Source: Synergistales bacterium (GTDB lineage Bacteria; Synergistota; Synergistia; Synergistales; JAFGMB01). From it: a DNA stretch of 64,000 nt. The DNA is taken from positions 608,001 to 672,000 of the forward strand of contig OY762654.1 in the NCBI GenBank assembly GCA_963666205.1, read 5' to 3'. Of this stretch, positions 31,997-41,931 are shown one piece after another. Positions within the stretch are counted from its first letter, which is position 1; each line of letters opens with the position of its first letter. Under the pieces are notes generated by a model, which made no database searches, was not told where the DNA came from, and saw nothing but the letters and a program-made list of their open reading frames with translations. A program made the translations under genes and the position numbers.

Positions 31997-32830
31997 TTAC
32001 ACTGTGTATATGTGTTTTTTAAGATCCTTCATGCCTTTGAGATCTCTAGAATATATGAAACTTCTTGGCCATCCCAGGCCACAGGCTGCAGAGAAAAGGG
32101 TTATACAGGTCCCAAAATTGATCTTATAGCCCTTGAGGGGAACATGTTGATGTCCTCTCACAATAAAAGAGCACTCAACAAGCCTCAGGAAATCCTGGCA
32201 TTCTCTATCATTAAAAGCCCTGGTCCCTCCACCCCTGTTCATATAATATTCATCATCGGGATCACTCCATAGAACATGCATGCCCCGGGTTTCTTTAAAA
32301 CTAATATCCGAAATCTCTTTGAATGTTGTGGGAACAGGAAATGGAGGTCCTCCGTGAACCATAGCGATGGGAGGGATAACCGCAATGAGGGGAAGACTTT
32401 CATACCACTCTATGATAAGACACGACAGGTTATCCATATTATGAAGATGAAGTTCCCATGCAAAACCATAATGAAGATTCATTCTCCAATCCTCATGATT
32501 CCCGCGGAGAAAAAGAACCCTGCCTGGATTTTCCAACCGAAAAGAGATAAGTCTTGTCAGAAGTTCCAGACTATCGGGTCCTCTGTCAACATAGTCTCCA
32601 AGGAAAAACCAGTTTATCTCTTCTCCCTTCAATTCCCGGTTCATTGCACAGACCCTGTTAATTATCTGTTCCAGACTCTCGATCTCTCCATGGAGATCAC
32701 CAACAATTGCAACAGCTCCGTCAATTTCTCGTCGAACAAGAGATCCCTGTCGGCCTGCAAGTGTTCTGTTTAATGAAATGTCTTTTTGGAGGATTTCTTT
32801 AAAATCGTTCATACAGGGCAGCATCCCCAT
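31997..32830 (-). CDS. PPP-family Ser/Thr protein phosphatase (calcineurin-like metallophosphoesterase)
   Basis: GDLHG, GDYVDRG, RGNHE, HGG, LWSDP, RGHQ, TLFSA motifs. Confidence 0.88.
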   Translation of the reverse strand: MGMLPCMNDFKEILQKDISLNRTLAGRQGSLVRREIDGAVAIVGDLHGEIESLEQIINRVCAMNRELKGEEINWFFLGDYVDRGPDSLELLTRLISFRLENPGRVLFLRGNHEDWRMNLHYGFAWELHLHNMDNLSCLIIEWYESLPLIAVIPPIAMVHGGPPFPVPTTFKEISDISFKETRGMHVLWSDPDDEYYMNRGGGTRAFNDRECQDFLRLVECSFIVRGHQHVPLKGYKINFGTCITLFSAACGLGWPRSFIYSRDLKGMKDLKKHIYTV

Positions 32831-32902
32831 TCCGGTATTCTTTCCCTGTGTGGCTCTGCTGGAGATAGAGATATCTGATTAGTGGTAAGTATGGAAGTCC
32901 TC

Positions 32903-33820
32903 TTAATATGACCCTTTCAGGGTTCTGATAACACCTTCTGCCTGATGAAGAAATGTACGGGATTCATTTATCAGGTCTGCCATTTCAAAGGATAGATCCT
33001 TATTATCTACAGAACTGCCATACATATCGAGGACCCTGATCATGTAGAGACTGTAAGCACGGTAAAGGGATGAGCAGTTTACCACATCACGAAAGGCTGG
33101 ATTTTCGATTTCTCGAGGAAAGACCATATTATTCAGATCAACCATGGAATGGAACGAAGCATCTCTTGCTTTAACTGAAGCAAGGAAGATCCTGTCCGGG
33201 GGAACATCCTCTTCCAGCATCTGGCAAAAAAAAGTATTTGCCATAATGGCTGGATCCATTATGGACTTCATTTTCGCCAGAAGATCAAAAAGGACCCCTT
33301 TTTCCAATTGATTCTTCTGCCTCTTTTCATTGATAACCCGGGTTAAATCGAGATACTTACCCATATTGAATAAATAGTCGGTCCATAGTCTTTCTTTTGG
33401 CTGTCCGTCCACCAGGCCTACCAGGTATGAGTAAAGGCTTTTCAAGGCCTGGTTGGCATATTGACAGGCTTCCATGTAAGATGCTGTCTCTTCAGATTTC
33501 CCTGAAATCTGCAGTTGATCCAGAACCGATTCTGCAGTGGACAGGGCGCTCCTGCTTCTTACCAGGAGTTCACCCAGCTGCTCCGGGTGATTTTTTGTAT
33601 CTTTGAAATCAACATTCTTTTCGATGGCCACAAGTACCTGCTGAACAGCGCCATAAAGCTGTTTACAAGAAGCATCAAGATCAATAGAAACCAGAGACTT
33701 CAAGAGCAGGTCCCGGGACTCTTCCTTGGCTGATATGCAAAGAACCGGAGCTCCTGGACATAAAATCAGTACAAAAATTAACAAAAAAAGAAGTAAAGAT
33801 CTTTTAACTAAAAATAACAT
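32903..33820 (-). CDS. Exported helical hypothetical protein
   Basis: N-terminal signal-like hydrophobic segment; no family recognised. Confidence 0.6.
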   Translation of the reverse strand: MLFLVKRSLLLFLLIFVLILCPGAPVLCISAKEESRDLLLKSLVSIDLDASCKQLYGAVQQVLVAIEKNVDFKDTKNHPEQLGELLVRSRSALSTAESVLDQLQISGKSEETASYMEACQYANQALKSLYSYLVGLVDGQPKERLWTDYLFNMGKYLDLTRVINEKRQKNQLEKGVLFDLLAKMKSIMDPAIMANTFFCQMLEEDVPPDRIFLASVKARDASFHSMVDLNNMVFPREIENPAFRDVVNCSSLYRAYSLYMIRVLDMYGSSVDNKDLSFEMADLINESRTFLHQAEGVIRTLKGSY

Positions 33821-33911
33821 ATTTATTGCCTCTTTATTTAAGAATAAGTAAAAAGAATTAAAATACTTTTTAATGATATCACAACACCAGGCAGAAGCGA
33901 AAATGGCTCGG

Positions 33912-33952
33912 AGATGAAAAGATCCCCCGGATTTCGGGGGATCTTTTCATCT
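33912..33952. terminator. Terminator after the pilus minor-pilin operon
   Basis: AGATGAAAAGATCCCCCG...CGGGGGATCTTTTCATCT. Confidence 0.75.
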
Positions 33953-33977
33953 AACCTTTTGGTCATAAGTAATGATG

Positions 33978-34322
33978 TCACATATTAACCGGTCTTACTT
34001 CCAGTGCTATGTTATTTTGATCCAGCCATATCCCTATCCCTCTATTTTTAAATGATTCCAGGAATTTGACTGCTGATATCCTATTTCCCTCAAAATCATA
34101 AAAATTAGTGTAGCCATTCTGCCAGAGAATAGATTCTTTCTTTACATCAATTGTTATTGAATACGGCTTTGTCCCCATTTCTTTCAGAACTCCCCATAGG
34201 GGTTCCTTAAGCTCTATTTTAGGTTCAACTTCACGAATATTTTTTTTCGCTGCCAATGCATATCCTGTGAAAAAAGATACGATCAAACATGCGAGGCAAA
34301 CAATTAGCATTATTTTTTTCAT
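33978..34322 (-). CDS. Small exported protein translationally coupled to pilY1
   Basis: Signal peptide MKKIMLIVCL...ALA; ATGA overlap with the pilY1 stop. Confidence 0.7.
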   Translation of the reverse strand: MKKIMLIVCLACLIVSFFTGYALAAKKNIREVEPKIELKEPLWGVLKEMGTKPYSITIDVKKESILWQNGYTNFYDFEGNRISAVKFLESFKNRGIGIWLDQNNIALEVRPVNM

Positions 34323-37300
34323 GGTTTCCACTCCCTCCAGTATCTTGAACGCATCTGACCGCTTGCAATCGGAAAGGACGAACTCGCAACAGGATCGGGA
34401 ACATCAAAGGTCAGGACGTTACCCTGCTGAGAAGCGTTGAGAGAATCGAGTTCATCAGGAAGAGAATTTTCAGAAGTACCTCCTGAATAATCGGTAACAC
34501 CAACAAAGACCCTATCATCATTCAGGGTTATTCCACTTATTTTATAACCTTCAAATTCAATGTAGCGGTTACTCCCTGAACCCCATCCAGAAGCTCCAGT
34601 TCCAGCTTTAACAATATATAATCGGCTCGTACCAACCTGGCACGGGTCTACATTATTTTTAAAGGTGGAAAAGAAAACATATCCATTGTAGACAAGGGGC
34701 GGTGTCGTAGCCAATTCTTCCTCATCCGTCGGGAATTCAAGGTACCAGCCATCAGGGTCTGAGTTGACCTCATCATCTACTAGTTTGTTAAGATCATCAA
34801 AGGTTATCGGGAAATTGTTCGTACCCTCAACATTAAAGGCAATAAAATAATTAGTATCAGCATTTGCAACAAGAGGATCATTATCTCCCGTTATTACAAA
34901 GACCCAGAGATCACCATTAAGCTCTGCTATATCCATCCTGTAGGAGGAACCAACAGAGGCATTCATATCGAAAACTTCTGTACCAGCCCAATCATTACCC
35001 ACATTCCAGAGATAAACATGACCGTCATTATCCCCCACAAGGAACGTTTCGATAATCTGGGCACTGCTTGTATTCAGCACTGTTACAGGAGTTACTACCT
35101 CTTTCATCCCCGATTTTGTAAGGGTCCTTATTATCTCACCGTTTTCGATATCTATAACATATACTGCTCCATCTGGGGAATCTCCAACGATCTGACGAGA
35201 ACTACCATTGCCCATAACAGCTACCCAGTGATTGGTTCCACTTAGTTTCATGGAACCAATGGCCGGAACACTCAATGTAAACCGTAATTGCCGGTAATCA
35301 AGATCTGAAGGTATTGTACTGTCGTGATCATAGTTTATCCTTGTAATATGATCTCCCGATTCAACCCAGTAAGAAACAGTGTGGTACTCATCTCCGCCAG
35401 GGATAATATCCAAATCATCCGGGGTATAGATTGCGTTTTCAACGGCCCAGAGAAAATCAGGTTCATCTGGATCGGTAATATCAATTGCATACATTCCTGC
35501 ACCTGAATAACCCAGCAGATTCAACAATACGGTTCTCCAGGACCCTCCAAGATATACATCCTCTGCAACGAGAGGCCCATCGAGAAGGAAGCGGGGGATG
35601 GAAACTCGTTCATTGTCCTCCTTAACTCTGAAAACCCAGTCATGTGCGGCTTGTTTATATACATAGTAGCCTCTGAGACCCATGAGCCGCCCACAGCCAA
35701 GGACATTCGGAGGAATAAAAGCCCATCTCTCCTTTCCACCAACCGATTCACCCGCTGTTTCGGAGTTGAAGGCATGAAGCATTCCATCATTAGCCTGTAT
35801 ATAAACAATTTTGGCCCTGTCAAGATTATTCTGCATGAAAGCCCGATACTCTGAGTGTGGGTTAGATCCCAAGGGGGGGCCAACTTCAGTAATACCACTG
35901 TGGTAAATATCGCCCAGTTTCCATCTTTCATCTCCGACATTTTCATCCCATTCGTCACTTCCAAGAACCCACCTGACAAATTTCCTTGTGGCACCAGTCC
36001 CGGGTGCTTCACTCCCATCGTTAGCCGCCGTAGGTCCATAGGTTCTTAGATCAGGGTTCCAGAATACTTCACTCCTCAGGTTAAGAGCCTCGTCATTATT
36101 GAAAGAAGCAAAATTACTTCCCGTGATCGGCATATCCGCATAAGGAGATTGCCAATCGACGGTATAAACAGTGCGGTCATCATAATTGATGGCATTAAGT
36201 TGATCTCCAGCACTCCAATCAGCGGAATCAGGTATGATATCGCCACTTAGAGTGTATTTGAGCAGGTCACCTTCCCACTGTCGTTCTTCCTTTGGAACAT
36301 AGGTCGAAACAAATACTGCACCACTTTCACCCTCCAGCCTTGCAGGGCTAACAAGAGGAGCACCTCCAGTGCCAGACCTGACCTGGATAATACTGAAGAT
36401 CTCCCTGAAAGAACTTAGAAGAGTTTCTACATCTGTCGGGAAATAAGCGGTAGCGGAATCGTTATCGATTCCGTCATCTCCCCAATCCGCCATCTGGTTA
36501 AGGTCATCCACCAGGCCTACAAAGTCATCGTCATCTGGAGCTATCAGACCGATAACAAATGTACGGACAGGTTGAGCCTGTTCTCCAAAATCATCCGTCC
36601 AGCTTGAATTCTCAGCGTAATCGTAAAGGTCTTTAACAGCCTGAACGGGATCGCCTCCCCCAGTTTCCTGGCCATCCGTTAATACAATAAGCCAGTTTTC
36701 CTGACACCAGTTCGTGATGGCGCCCTGGCTACTGTGGAAGAAAAAGTCCTTTGCGGAATCAAAATCCGAAGTACTGGAATCGTAAATGGAATATCCTAGA
36801 GGAGTATGGCCGTTGGCGCGAAGCTCTTCATTGGTATTGGATTCATAACCATCGATCCAGGATTTAAGCTCATCCATGTGTTCCACATCATCAGTACTAC
36901 CAAAAGGAACTCTAAGACTTGCCTTACTGCCACTATAGGTACTGTACTCCCAACTGATATTCTCATATCCTCCTCCGTAGTAGTACCAGTCACTCGTATT
37001 CCACTGGGAATATTGATAGTAGGTAGCCATACCAAGGTTTAATCCCGCTGTCATCACAGGATCTTCAAGAATTTCCCAAAGCACCAGTTTAAGCTGGTAC
37101 ATCCTGCTATCATTTGGATAAAGATAACCAGAAATTGAATCTCCTCCCAAATAAGCTCTATCATAGAAGGGAAGTTCCTCATCTGGTATATATGTCAATT
37201 GGGAATGATAGTTATAGGCCACATCAGGATCATTATTCGAGGAATCAACATCTCGACCATAGTAATACTGATTCGAATAGGGACGGCTTCCATCTCCATA

Positions 37301-37543
37301 GGTGGAGGATTGGGAATAGGTCCGATAGGTCATGGACCCACTTGTATCCAGAAGCATAAGGACATTGGGCTGCAGCATCCTGCCAAAACCCAAAGGGGTC
37401 GTTTTGGAAAGAGGTGCCAGAATCGAGTCTTCATCATATGCCAAAGAAAGAGAACTTGAGCAAAGGGTCAGAATTGCAATCATTCCCATAGCAAATAACA
37501 TTTTTGCTTTCGGGGAAAGGAGCCTGTTACATAAGGTTTTCAT
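34319..37543 (-). CDS. pilY1: PilY1/PilC-type type IV pilus tip adhesin with vWA domain
   Basis: PNVLMLLDTSGSM (MIDAS), IVLTDG, KLGDIYHS, ANDGMLHAF, ERWAFIP, LDGP, DPC..GTSRLY; lies downstream of pilV/W/X-like genes. Confidence 0.85.
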   Translation of the reverse strand: MKTLCNRLLSPKAKMLFAMGMIAILTLCSSSLSLAYDEDSILAPLSKTTPLGFGRMLQPNVLMLLDTSGSMTYRTYSQSSTYGDGSRPYSNQYYYGRDVDSSNNDPDVAYNYHSQLTYIPDEELPFYDRAYLGGDSISGYLYPNDSRMYQLKLVLWEILEDPVMTAGLNLGMATYYQYSQWNTSDWYYYGGGYENISWEYSTYSGSKASLRVPFGSTDDVEHMDELKSWIDGYESNTNEELRANGHTPLGYSIYDSSTSDFDSAKDFFFHSSQGAITNWCQENWLIVLTDGQETGGGDPVQAVKDLYDYAENSSWTDDFGEQAQPVRTFVIGLIAPDDDDFVGLVDDLNQMADWGDDGIDNDSATAYFPTDVETLLSSFREIFSIIQVRSGTGGAPLVSPARLEGESGAVFVSTYVPKEERQWEGDLLKYTLSGDIIPDSADWSAGDQLNAINYDDRTVYTVDWQSPYADMPITGSNFASFNNDEALNLRSEVFWNPDLRTYGPTAANDGSEAPGTGATRKFVRWVLGSDEWDENVGDERWKLGDIYHSGITEVGPPLGSNPHSEYRAFMQNNLDRAKIVYIQANDGMLHAFNSETAGESVGGKERWAFIPPNVLGCGRLMGLRGYYVYKQAAHDWVFRVKEDNERVSIPRFLLDGPLVAEDVYLGGSWRTVLLNLLGYSGAGMYAIDITDPDEPDFLWAVENAIYTPDDLDIIPGGDEYHTVSYWVESGDHITRINYDHDSTIPSDLDYRQLRFTLSVPAIGSMKLSGTNHWVAVMGNGSSRQIVGDSPDGAVYVIDIENGEIIRTLTKSGMKEVVTPVTVLNTSSAQIIETFLVGDNDGHVYLWNVGNDWAGTEVFDMNASVGSSYRMDIAELNGDLWVFVITGDNDPLVANADTNYFIAFNVEGTNNFPITFDDLNKLVDDEVNSDPDGWYLEFPTDEEELATTPPLVYNGYVFFSTFKNNVDPCQVGTSRLYIVKAGTGASGWGSGSNRYIEFEGYKISGITLNDDRVFVGVTDYSGGTSENSLPDELDSLNASQQGNVLTFDVPDPVASSSFPIASGQMRSRYWREWKP

Positions 37544-37574
37544 AAAATATCACTCCCTTTTATTATCCTGTAAA

Positions 37575-38204
37575 TCACAACCTGGCTACCATAGATTGTT
37601 CTACGATCTCCCTTTTATCTTCAAATGTAGCAGTACTCCTGATCAGGTAGAAACCGAGGGAAATACTTCCCCCTCCGCCTACGCTACCTTCACCTCTATT
37701 TGCTCCCGCATAGGAAGAACCCTGATGCAGTGACATTGCGACTTCGTAAGTATAATCCAGGCGTGGAGGAAACCCTGCTATATAGTCGTCACTTTCTATA
37801 TCCAGACCAATTCTCCAGTCCATATCATAGATATCCACAGTCACCGCAACCTGACCTATGGAATAATTTATATTGGGCAGGTTCCCATCAATATCCCTAA
37901 CCTTGAGTACATCGTAATTGCCACCAGATAAATTGTCCCTGTTAAGCTCACCAAAGGGATTATCTGCCTCCCAGCGAGGTAGTTGTCCATCAGCAGACAT
38001 TGTACCTCTTATCCATATCTTACCCTTTTCAAGCCCGTCAACAGCAGCATTATAAAGCTCGACCTTCTCCACAACGTTCGTTGAAGATGCAACCAGATTA
38101 TTAACAATATTATAGGTAACAGAAACAAGAACTCCTCCCAATACCAGGATAACAAGAACCATTGGAAGAGCAAAACCACCCGCATTTTTAAAATGTTTTC
38201 GCAT
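37575..38204 (-). CDS. PilX-like minor pilin
   Basis: Class III signal G|FALPMVLVIL lacking Glu5; LYNAAVDGLE; C-terminal YLIRSTA. Confidence 0.75.
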   Translation of the reverse strand: MRKHFKNAGGFALPMVLVILVLGGVLVSVTYNIVNNLVASSTNVVEKVELYNAAVDGLEKGKIWIRGTMSADGQLPRWEADNPFGELNRDNLSGGNYDVLKVRDIDGNLPNINYSIGQVAVTVDIYDMDWRIGLDIESDDYIAGFPPRLDYTYEVAMSLHQGSSYAGANRGEGSVGGGGSISLGFYLIRSTATFEDKREIVEQSMVARL

Positions 38205-39106
38205 CAGTTCCTCACCCTCCAACTGCTTCTGACTACGGTCAAGCGATAATGTCTGGCTTCTTCAGGTAAAGCCCCAAGATCAGCTTCTGGCCAATCATCG
38301 ATCTGGGCAGGAGTAACAAGATCATCACTTCTCTGGTTGCCCCGTGCAAGAACATATGCCGTAAGAACACCGGGGCTACTGGTATCAAAATGAATTGAAT
38401 ATATGCCTTCCACACTGCCAAGCAGTTCTCCTCTGGTAAGATCTTCCATCTCAAATCGGCTCCCGTTAACCCTTGCTCGGGCGGCCCTCACAAGGTGCAT
38501 TTCGTCAAAGAACTGAACAGTACCTCTCTCATGAGGTTCTATTTCAATGGAAGATGATCCAAGATCTGTAACCTTACAGGGAGTTGCTCCGGCCGGGAAA
38601 ACCACCCAGGCCTCTGTCGTAATGGGCGGATCATCATCCACAATATCAAGGGTACCCGGGTCTCCTGTAAGGTCTATTGTACTTTTGACATTCGGCCGAA
38701 GTTCTAACTCCCCAACCGCGGCCAGTCCGGAGGGTACCGAATAAACAACATCAAGGACCTGATCGGAACTGCTTATTCGAAGGGCAGAACCAATATTATC
38801 AACTGTGGGTATTTCGTTGAAAACAGTTCCAAAATCTGAAGAGGTATTTGGAATTCCCAGGCTCGCAGCCAGAACGGGGCCGTTCAATATCGTGAATACC
38901 ATTTCTCCCCTCTGGCGTGCTGCTGTAAGATCAGTATCAAGCTCATAATGACTGAGAAAGGCAGAGAACAACCCAATTACGGAACCCATTATGATAAGAC
39001 CGACCACAATGACGATAAGGATCTCCACAAGAGTAAAACCATCCTTGCGCAGTCCCTTGTAATCCTTCATCTTGATAACAGAAGATTGCCTAAAGTAGGA
39101 ATTCAT
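38204..39106 (-). CDS. PilW-like minor pilin
   Basis: Prepilin motif KDG|FTLVEILIVIVV. Confidence 0.8.
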   Translation of the reverse strand: MNSYFRQSSVIKMKDYKGLRKDGFTLVEILIVIVVGLIIMGSVIGLFSAFLSHYELDTDLTAARQRGEMVFTILNGPVLAASLGIPNTSSDFGTVFNEIPTVDNIGSALRISSSDQVLDVVYSVPSGLAAVGELELRPNVKSTIDLTGDPGTLDIVDDDPPITTEAWVVFPAGATPCKVTDLGSSSIEIEPHERGTVQFFDEMHLVRAARARVNGSRFEMEDLTRGELLGSVEGIYSIHFDTSSPGVLTAYVLARGNQRSDDLVTPAQIDDWPEADLGALPEEARHYRLTVVRSSWRVRN

Positions 39107-39115
39107 AGCCTCACC

Positions 39116-39484
39116 TCAATCTAAGACTTCATTGTCCGCAAACTCGCTTATTTCCCTCTGAATGGTAAAGCTAGAATTATCACGCAACACACCATCCCAG
39201 GTAACGATCATAGTAACATTCTTTGAATGGGAATCTTCAGACACAGCCCACGACCTGGTATAAATGCCTGCCTGATCACTCGAAGTAACTATGGTGTCAT
39301 AATCTCCTGCTTCAAGAACATCCAGCCGTTCCGACCCAAGCATTACGGCTTTCTCCTTCTCATAGGTATGTACCATCAGTTGCGAAGAAACTATAAAAGT
39401 TGAAGCAATCGCAAAAAGTGCAATGACAAGCAGGACCAGAGCAATCAATACTTCTACAAGACCGAAACCAGCTTTCCTCTTCAT
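39116..39484 (-). CDS. PilV-like minor pilin
   Basis: Prepilin motif KAG|FGLVEVLIALVLL; small size; first gene of the V-W-X-Y1 order. Confidence 0.8.
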   Translation of the reverse strand: MKRKAGFGLVEVLIALVLLVIALFAIASTFIVSSQLMVHTYEKEKAVMLGSERLDVLEAGDYDTIVTSSDQAGIYTRSWAVSEDSHSKNVTMIVTWDGVLRDNSSFTIQREISEFADNEVLD

Positions 39485-39791
39485 GGTACAACTCTCCCGA
39501 TCATGACAAGACCTCTTTTCTTAGGAGCATACTGAACCTATCCTGATGGAAACGCTTAAGAACACCCTTTCCTAATCTCCAATTACTACACAAGAATATA
39601 ACTATGTATTTAGTATATCTTAACTTTAAAGCAACTTCTAGTTCCAACATACTATAGCTAATGGGCCAGATAGCACAATTGATATGGGCCTTATGGTGGG
39701 TTATTACATTTACAAGATAAATCCTGCTGATGTTCGGCATGATACAATACATCTTCAGTGTAACTAAAAGGAACATCAGGGAGGAGATTCA

Positions 39792-39986
39792 TTGTCTGGA
39801 ACGGAAAAAGTTAATCTAAGACCTGGTTTAAAAGTGAAAATAGTACAGAAACAGGACCAGAGATCAGGAAAACTGACTGAAGGCATTGTAAAGGATCTGC
39901 TCACAAAAAGCTCTCATCATCCACATGGGATCAAAGTGCGTCTGAATAACGGAATAGTAGGAAGGGTTAAGGAAATACTTGGATAG
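39792..39986 (+). CDS. YwbE-family (DUF2196) small protein
   Basis: VQKQDQRSGKLTEGIVKDLLTKSSHHPHGIKVRL; GGAGGAG RBS, TTG start. Confidence 0.85.
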   Translation: MSGTEKVNLRPGLKVKIVQKQDQRSGKLTEGIVKDLLTKSSHHPHGIKVRLNNGIVGRVKEILG

Positions 39987-40103
39987 AAATGTAATCAGGG
40001 TACCCATTAACTATCTCACAAGGGATAACCAGGTTCGAGTCATGTCTGATTGAATATAATATAAAAAAAGACGATCAGGAAATCTGACCGTCTTGTCATA
40101 TTC

Positions 40104-40154
40104 TGGCTCCTCGGGCAGGACTCGAATCCGCCAGCTGGCGGATTAACAGCCACC
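40104..40154 (-). pseudogene. Partial tRNA-Asn copy (part of the anticodon arm to CCA) interrupted by a 20-bp palindrome
   Basis: GGTGGCTGTTAA-TCCGCCAGCTGGCGGA-TTCGAGTCCTGCCCGAGGAGCCA; 5' half absent. Confidence 0.8.
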
Positions 40155-40268
40155 TACTTCCAGTATAGATTTACGGATAGACTCCCGACCTCGGAATGTC
40201 TTAAGCTGTATTTCCCTTTTCATAGCCTCTGAACGAGTAGGATATTCCTCCTGATACTCCAAAGACAG
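40143..40268 (-). pseudogene. C-terminal remnant of a GIY-YIG (YazA/UPF0213-like) nuclease
   Basis: Translates as LSLEYQEEYPTRSEAMKREIQLKTFRGRESIRKSILEVGGC*; no N-terminal GIY-YIG motif, and an in-frame stop lies 11 codons upstream. Confidence 0.7.
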
Positions 40269-40362
40269 CAGTTGGAGTATCCCATGAGCAGGTTCGAGTC
40301 ATGTCTGATTGAATATAATATAAAAAAAGACGATCAGGAAATCTGACCGTCTTGTCATATTC

Positions 40363-40438
40363 TGGCTCCTCGGGCAGGACTCGAACCTGCGACCTAGTGG
40401 TTAACAGCCACCCGCTCTGCCAATTGAGCTACCGAGGA
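40363..40438 (-). tRNA. tRNA-Asn(GTT)
   Basis: Cloverleaf TCCTCGG...CTGTTAA...GTTCGAGTC...CCA. Confidence 0.96.
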
Positions 40439-40465
40439 ATATTGAAACATATTGTATATATTTAG

Positions 40466-40539
40466 TGGAGGCGGCACCCGGATTCGAACCGGGGATAAAG
40501 GATTTGCAGTCCTCTGCCTTACCACTTGGCTATGCCGCC
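40466..40539 (-). tRNA. tRNA-Cys(GCA)
   Basis: GGCGGCA...CTGCAAA...GTTCGAATC...CCA. Confidence 0.96.
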
Positions 40540-40556
40540 AACAAATTTTCAGGTAA

Positions 40557-40631
40557 TGGAGCGGAAAACGGGATTCGAACCCGCGACCCCAACCTTGGCA
40601 AGGTTGTGCTCTACCGCTGAGCTATTTCCGC
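40557..40631 (-). tRNA. tRNA-Gly(GCC)
   Basis: GCGGAAA...TTGCCAA...GTTCGAATC...CCA. Confidence 0.96.
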
Positions 40632-40653
40632 CCGTCATTTATCGTTATCAAAA

Positions 40654-40729
<76 letters not shown>

Positions 40730-40750
40730 TCAGTGATAAGGACAAATAAA

Positions 40751-40827
40751 TGGCGGGGCTGACGAGACTCGAACTCGCGACCTCCGGCGTGACAGGCCGG
40801 CGCTCTAACCGACTGAGCTACAACCCC
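40751..40827 (-). tRNA. tRNA-Asp(GTC)
   Basis: GGGGTTG...CTGTCAC...GTTCGAGTC...CCA. Confidence 0.96.
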
Positions 40828-40863
40828 GCATTGCAAAGATTATCAATGTCCTGCTTTAAACAA

Positions 40864-40938
40864 TGGTGGGCGGAACAGGGTTCGAACCTGTGACCCCCTG
40901 CGTGTAAGGCAGGTGTTCTTCCGCTGAACTATCCGCCC
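40864..40938 (-). tRNA. tRNA-Val(TAC)
   Basis: GGGCGGA...CTTACAC...GTTCGAACC...CCA. Confidence 0.96.
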
Positions 40939-40997
40939 TTATGCCCGCCATTACTGCCTTGACGCGAAGGATAGTATAACTAGGACTGCCTTTTATG

Positions 40998-41840
40998 TCA
41001 ACACCTTTTTTCAAGGAATTTTATGGCATTTTCACCCAGGACCATTTCCTTCTGTAAATCAGTAAGGCCTGACTGTTCGAGTATTTTAACATATCTGTTA
41101 CTTTTTAGTATAGGGAAATCAGAACCATACAGGATCTTTTCTCCTATACCCGCACTGAATACCGAATCGAACATCCCCGATGTATAAAGCCATGGGGTTG
41201 CCGCGGTATCGTAGAATGTATTCTGAAGATACATTTTCATCTCCGGCATAAGCTCGTAAAGCCACAGGCCACCTCCCCAGTGAGCAAATATCACTTTTAC
41301 TTCCGGATGGTTAGTACTGAAGGCGGCTGCTTCTTTCGGCCCTACGTCACCCTTCCCCCCGTATTCATGACCCACAGGCTCTGCCGAATGGAACATAAGA
41401 AACATTTCAAGTTCATCGACTAGCCCAGCTATTTTCCATGTCTGACGCATATCAGTAAGGTTAAAACCCTGGCCCTGGGGGAAAAGCTCCCCTATCCCTA
41501 TAAAACCGGCCTCGGCGCATCTGCCTGCCTCTTCTTCCACTCCCCTGGAAATAGGGTTGACCACTCCCATACCCTTCAGCTTTCCAGGATATTGTCTGAC
41601 AGCTTCCATGACGTAGTCGTTACACTCCCGGCATAAGCCAATGTCATCAAAGGCGAATCCGAATATCCAGGACTGGTCAATGTTATCCTTCTCCATCTGT
41701 TCTATTACATCTTCTGCCGTTGCCCACTTATGGACATTATTGGTTACAAGGGTTCGGAAGTGATCCTCCCTTTCAGCTATCTTTTCCCAGTTCTTTATTA
41801 TTTCCGGGGGATATACATGTACATGACAATCTATGACCAT
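40998..41840 (-). CDS. Amidohydrolase-family (amidohydro_2) protein
   Basis: IDCHVH, GIGEL, AHWGGG, YDTA, LYGSDFP. Confidence 0.85.
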   Translation of the reverse strand: MVIDCHVHVYPPEIIKNWEKIAEREDHFRTLVTNNVHKWATAEDVIEQMEKDNIDQSWIFGFAFDDIGLCRECNDYVMEAVRQYPGKLKGMGVVNPISRGVEEEAGRCAEAGFIGIGELFPQGQGFNLTDMRQTWKIAGLVDELEMFLMFHSAEPVGHEYGGKGDVGPKEAAAFSTNHPEVKVIFAHWGGGLWLYELMPEMKMYLQNTFYDTAATPWLYTSGMFDSVFSAGIGEKILYGSDFPILKSNRYVKILEQSGLTDLQKEMVLGENAIKFLEKRC

Positions 41841-41931
41841 CGAAGAGCCTCCAGATCTTTAAGTACAGATTTTACAAAACAACTTTTATTCTACTTCAGA
41901 TTTCTTTGAAATGGGAGAAAGGGAAATTGTC

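Larger units (their letters stand above)
40030..40385. repeat. 97-bp exact direct repeat (40030-40126 and 40289-40385) covering the tRNA-Asn 3' end and its downstream hairpin
   Basis: Both copies read CAGGTTCGAGTCATGTC...TTCTGGCTCCTCGGGCAGGACTCGAA. Confidence 0.93.

Noticed and set aside
39501-39776. 91-aa ORF upstream of pilV
   Set aside because: No RBS or prepilin motif; AT-rich sequence more consistent with a promoter region.
33978-40126. Pilus cluster as an integrative island bounded by the tRNA-Asn repeat
   Set aside because: The two repeat copies are only 259 bp apart and do not flank the pilus genes; no integrase was found.
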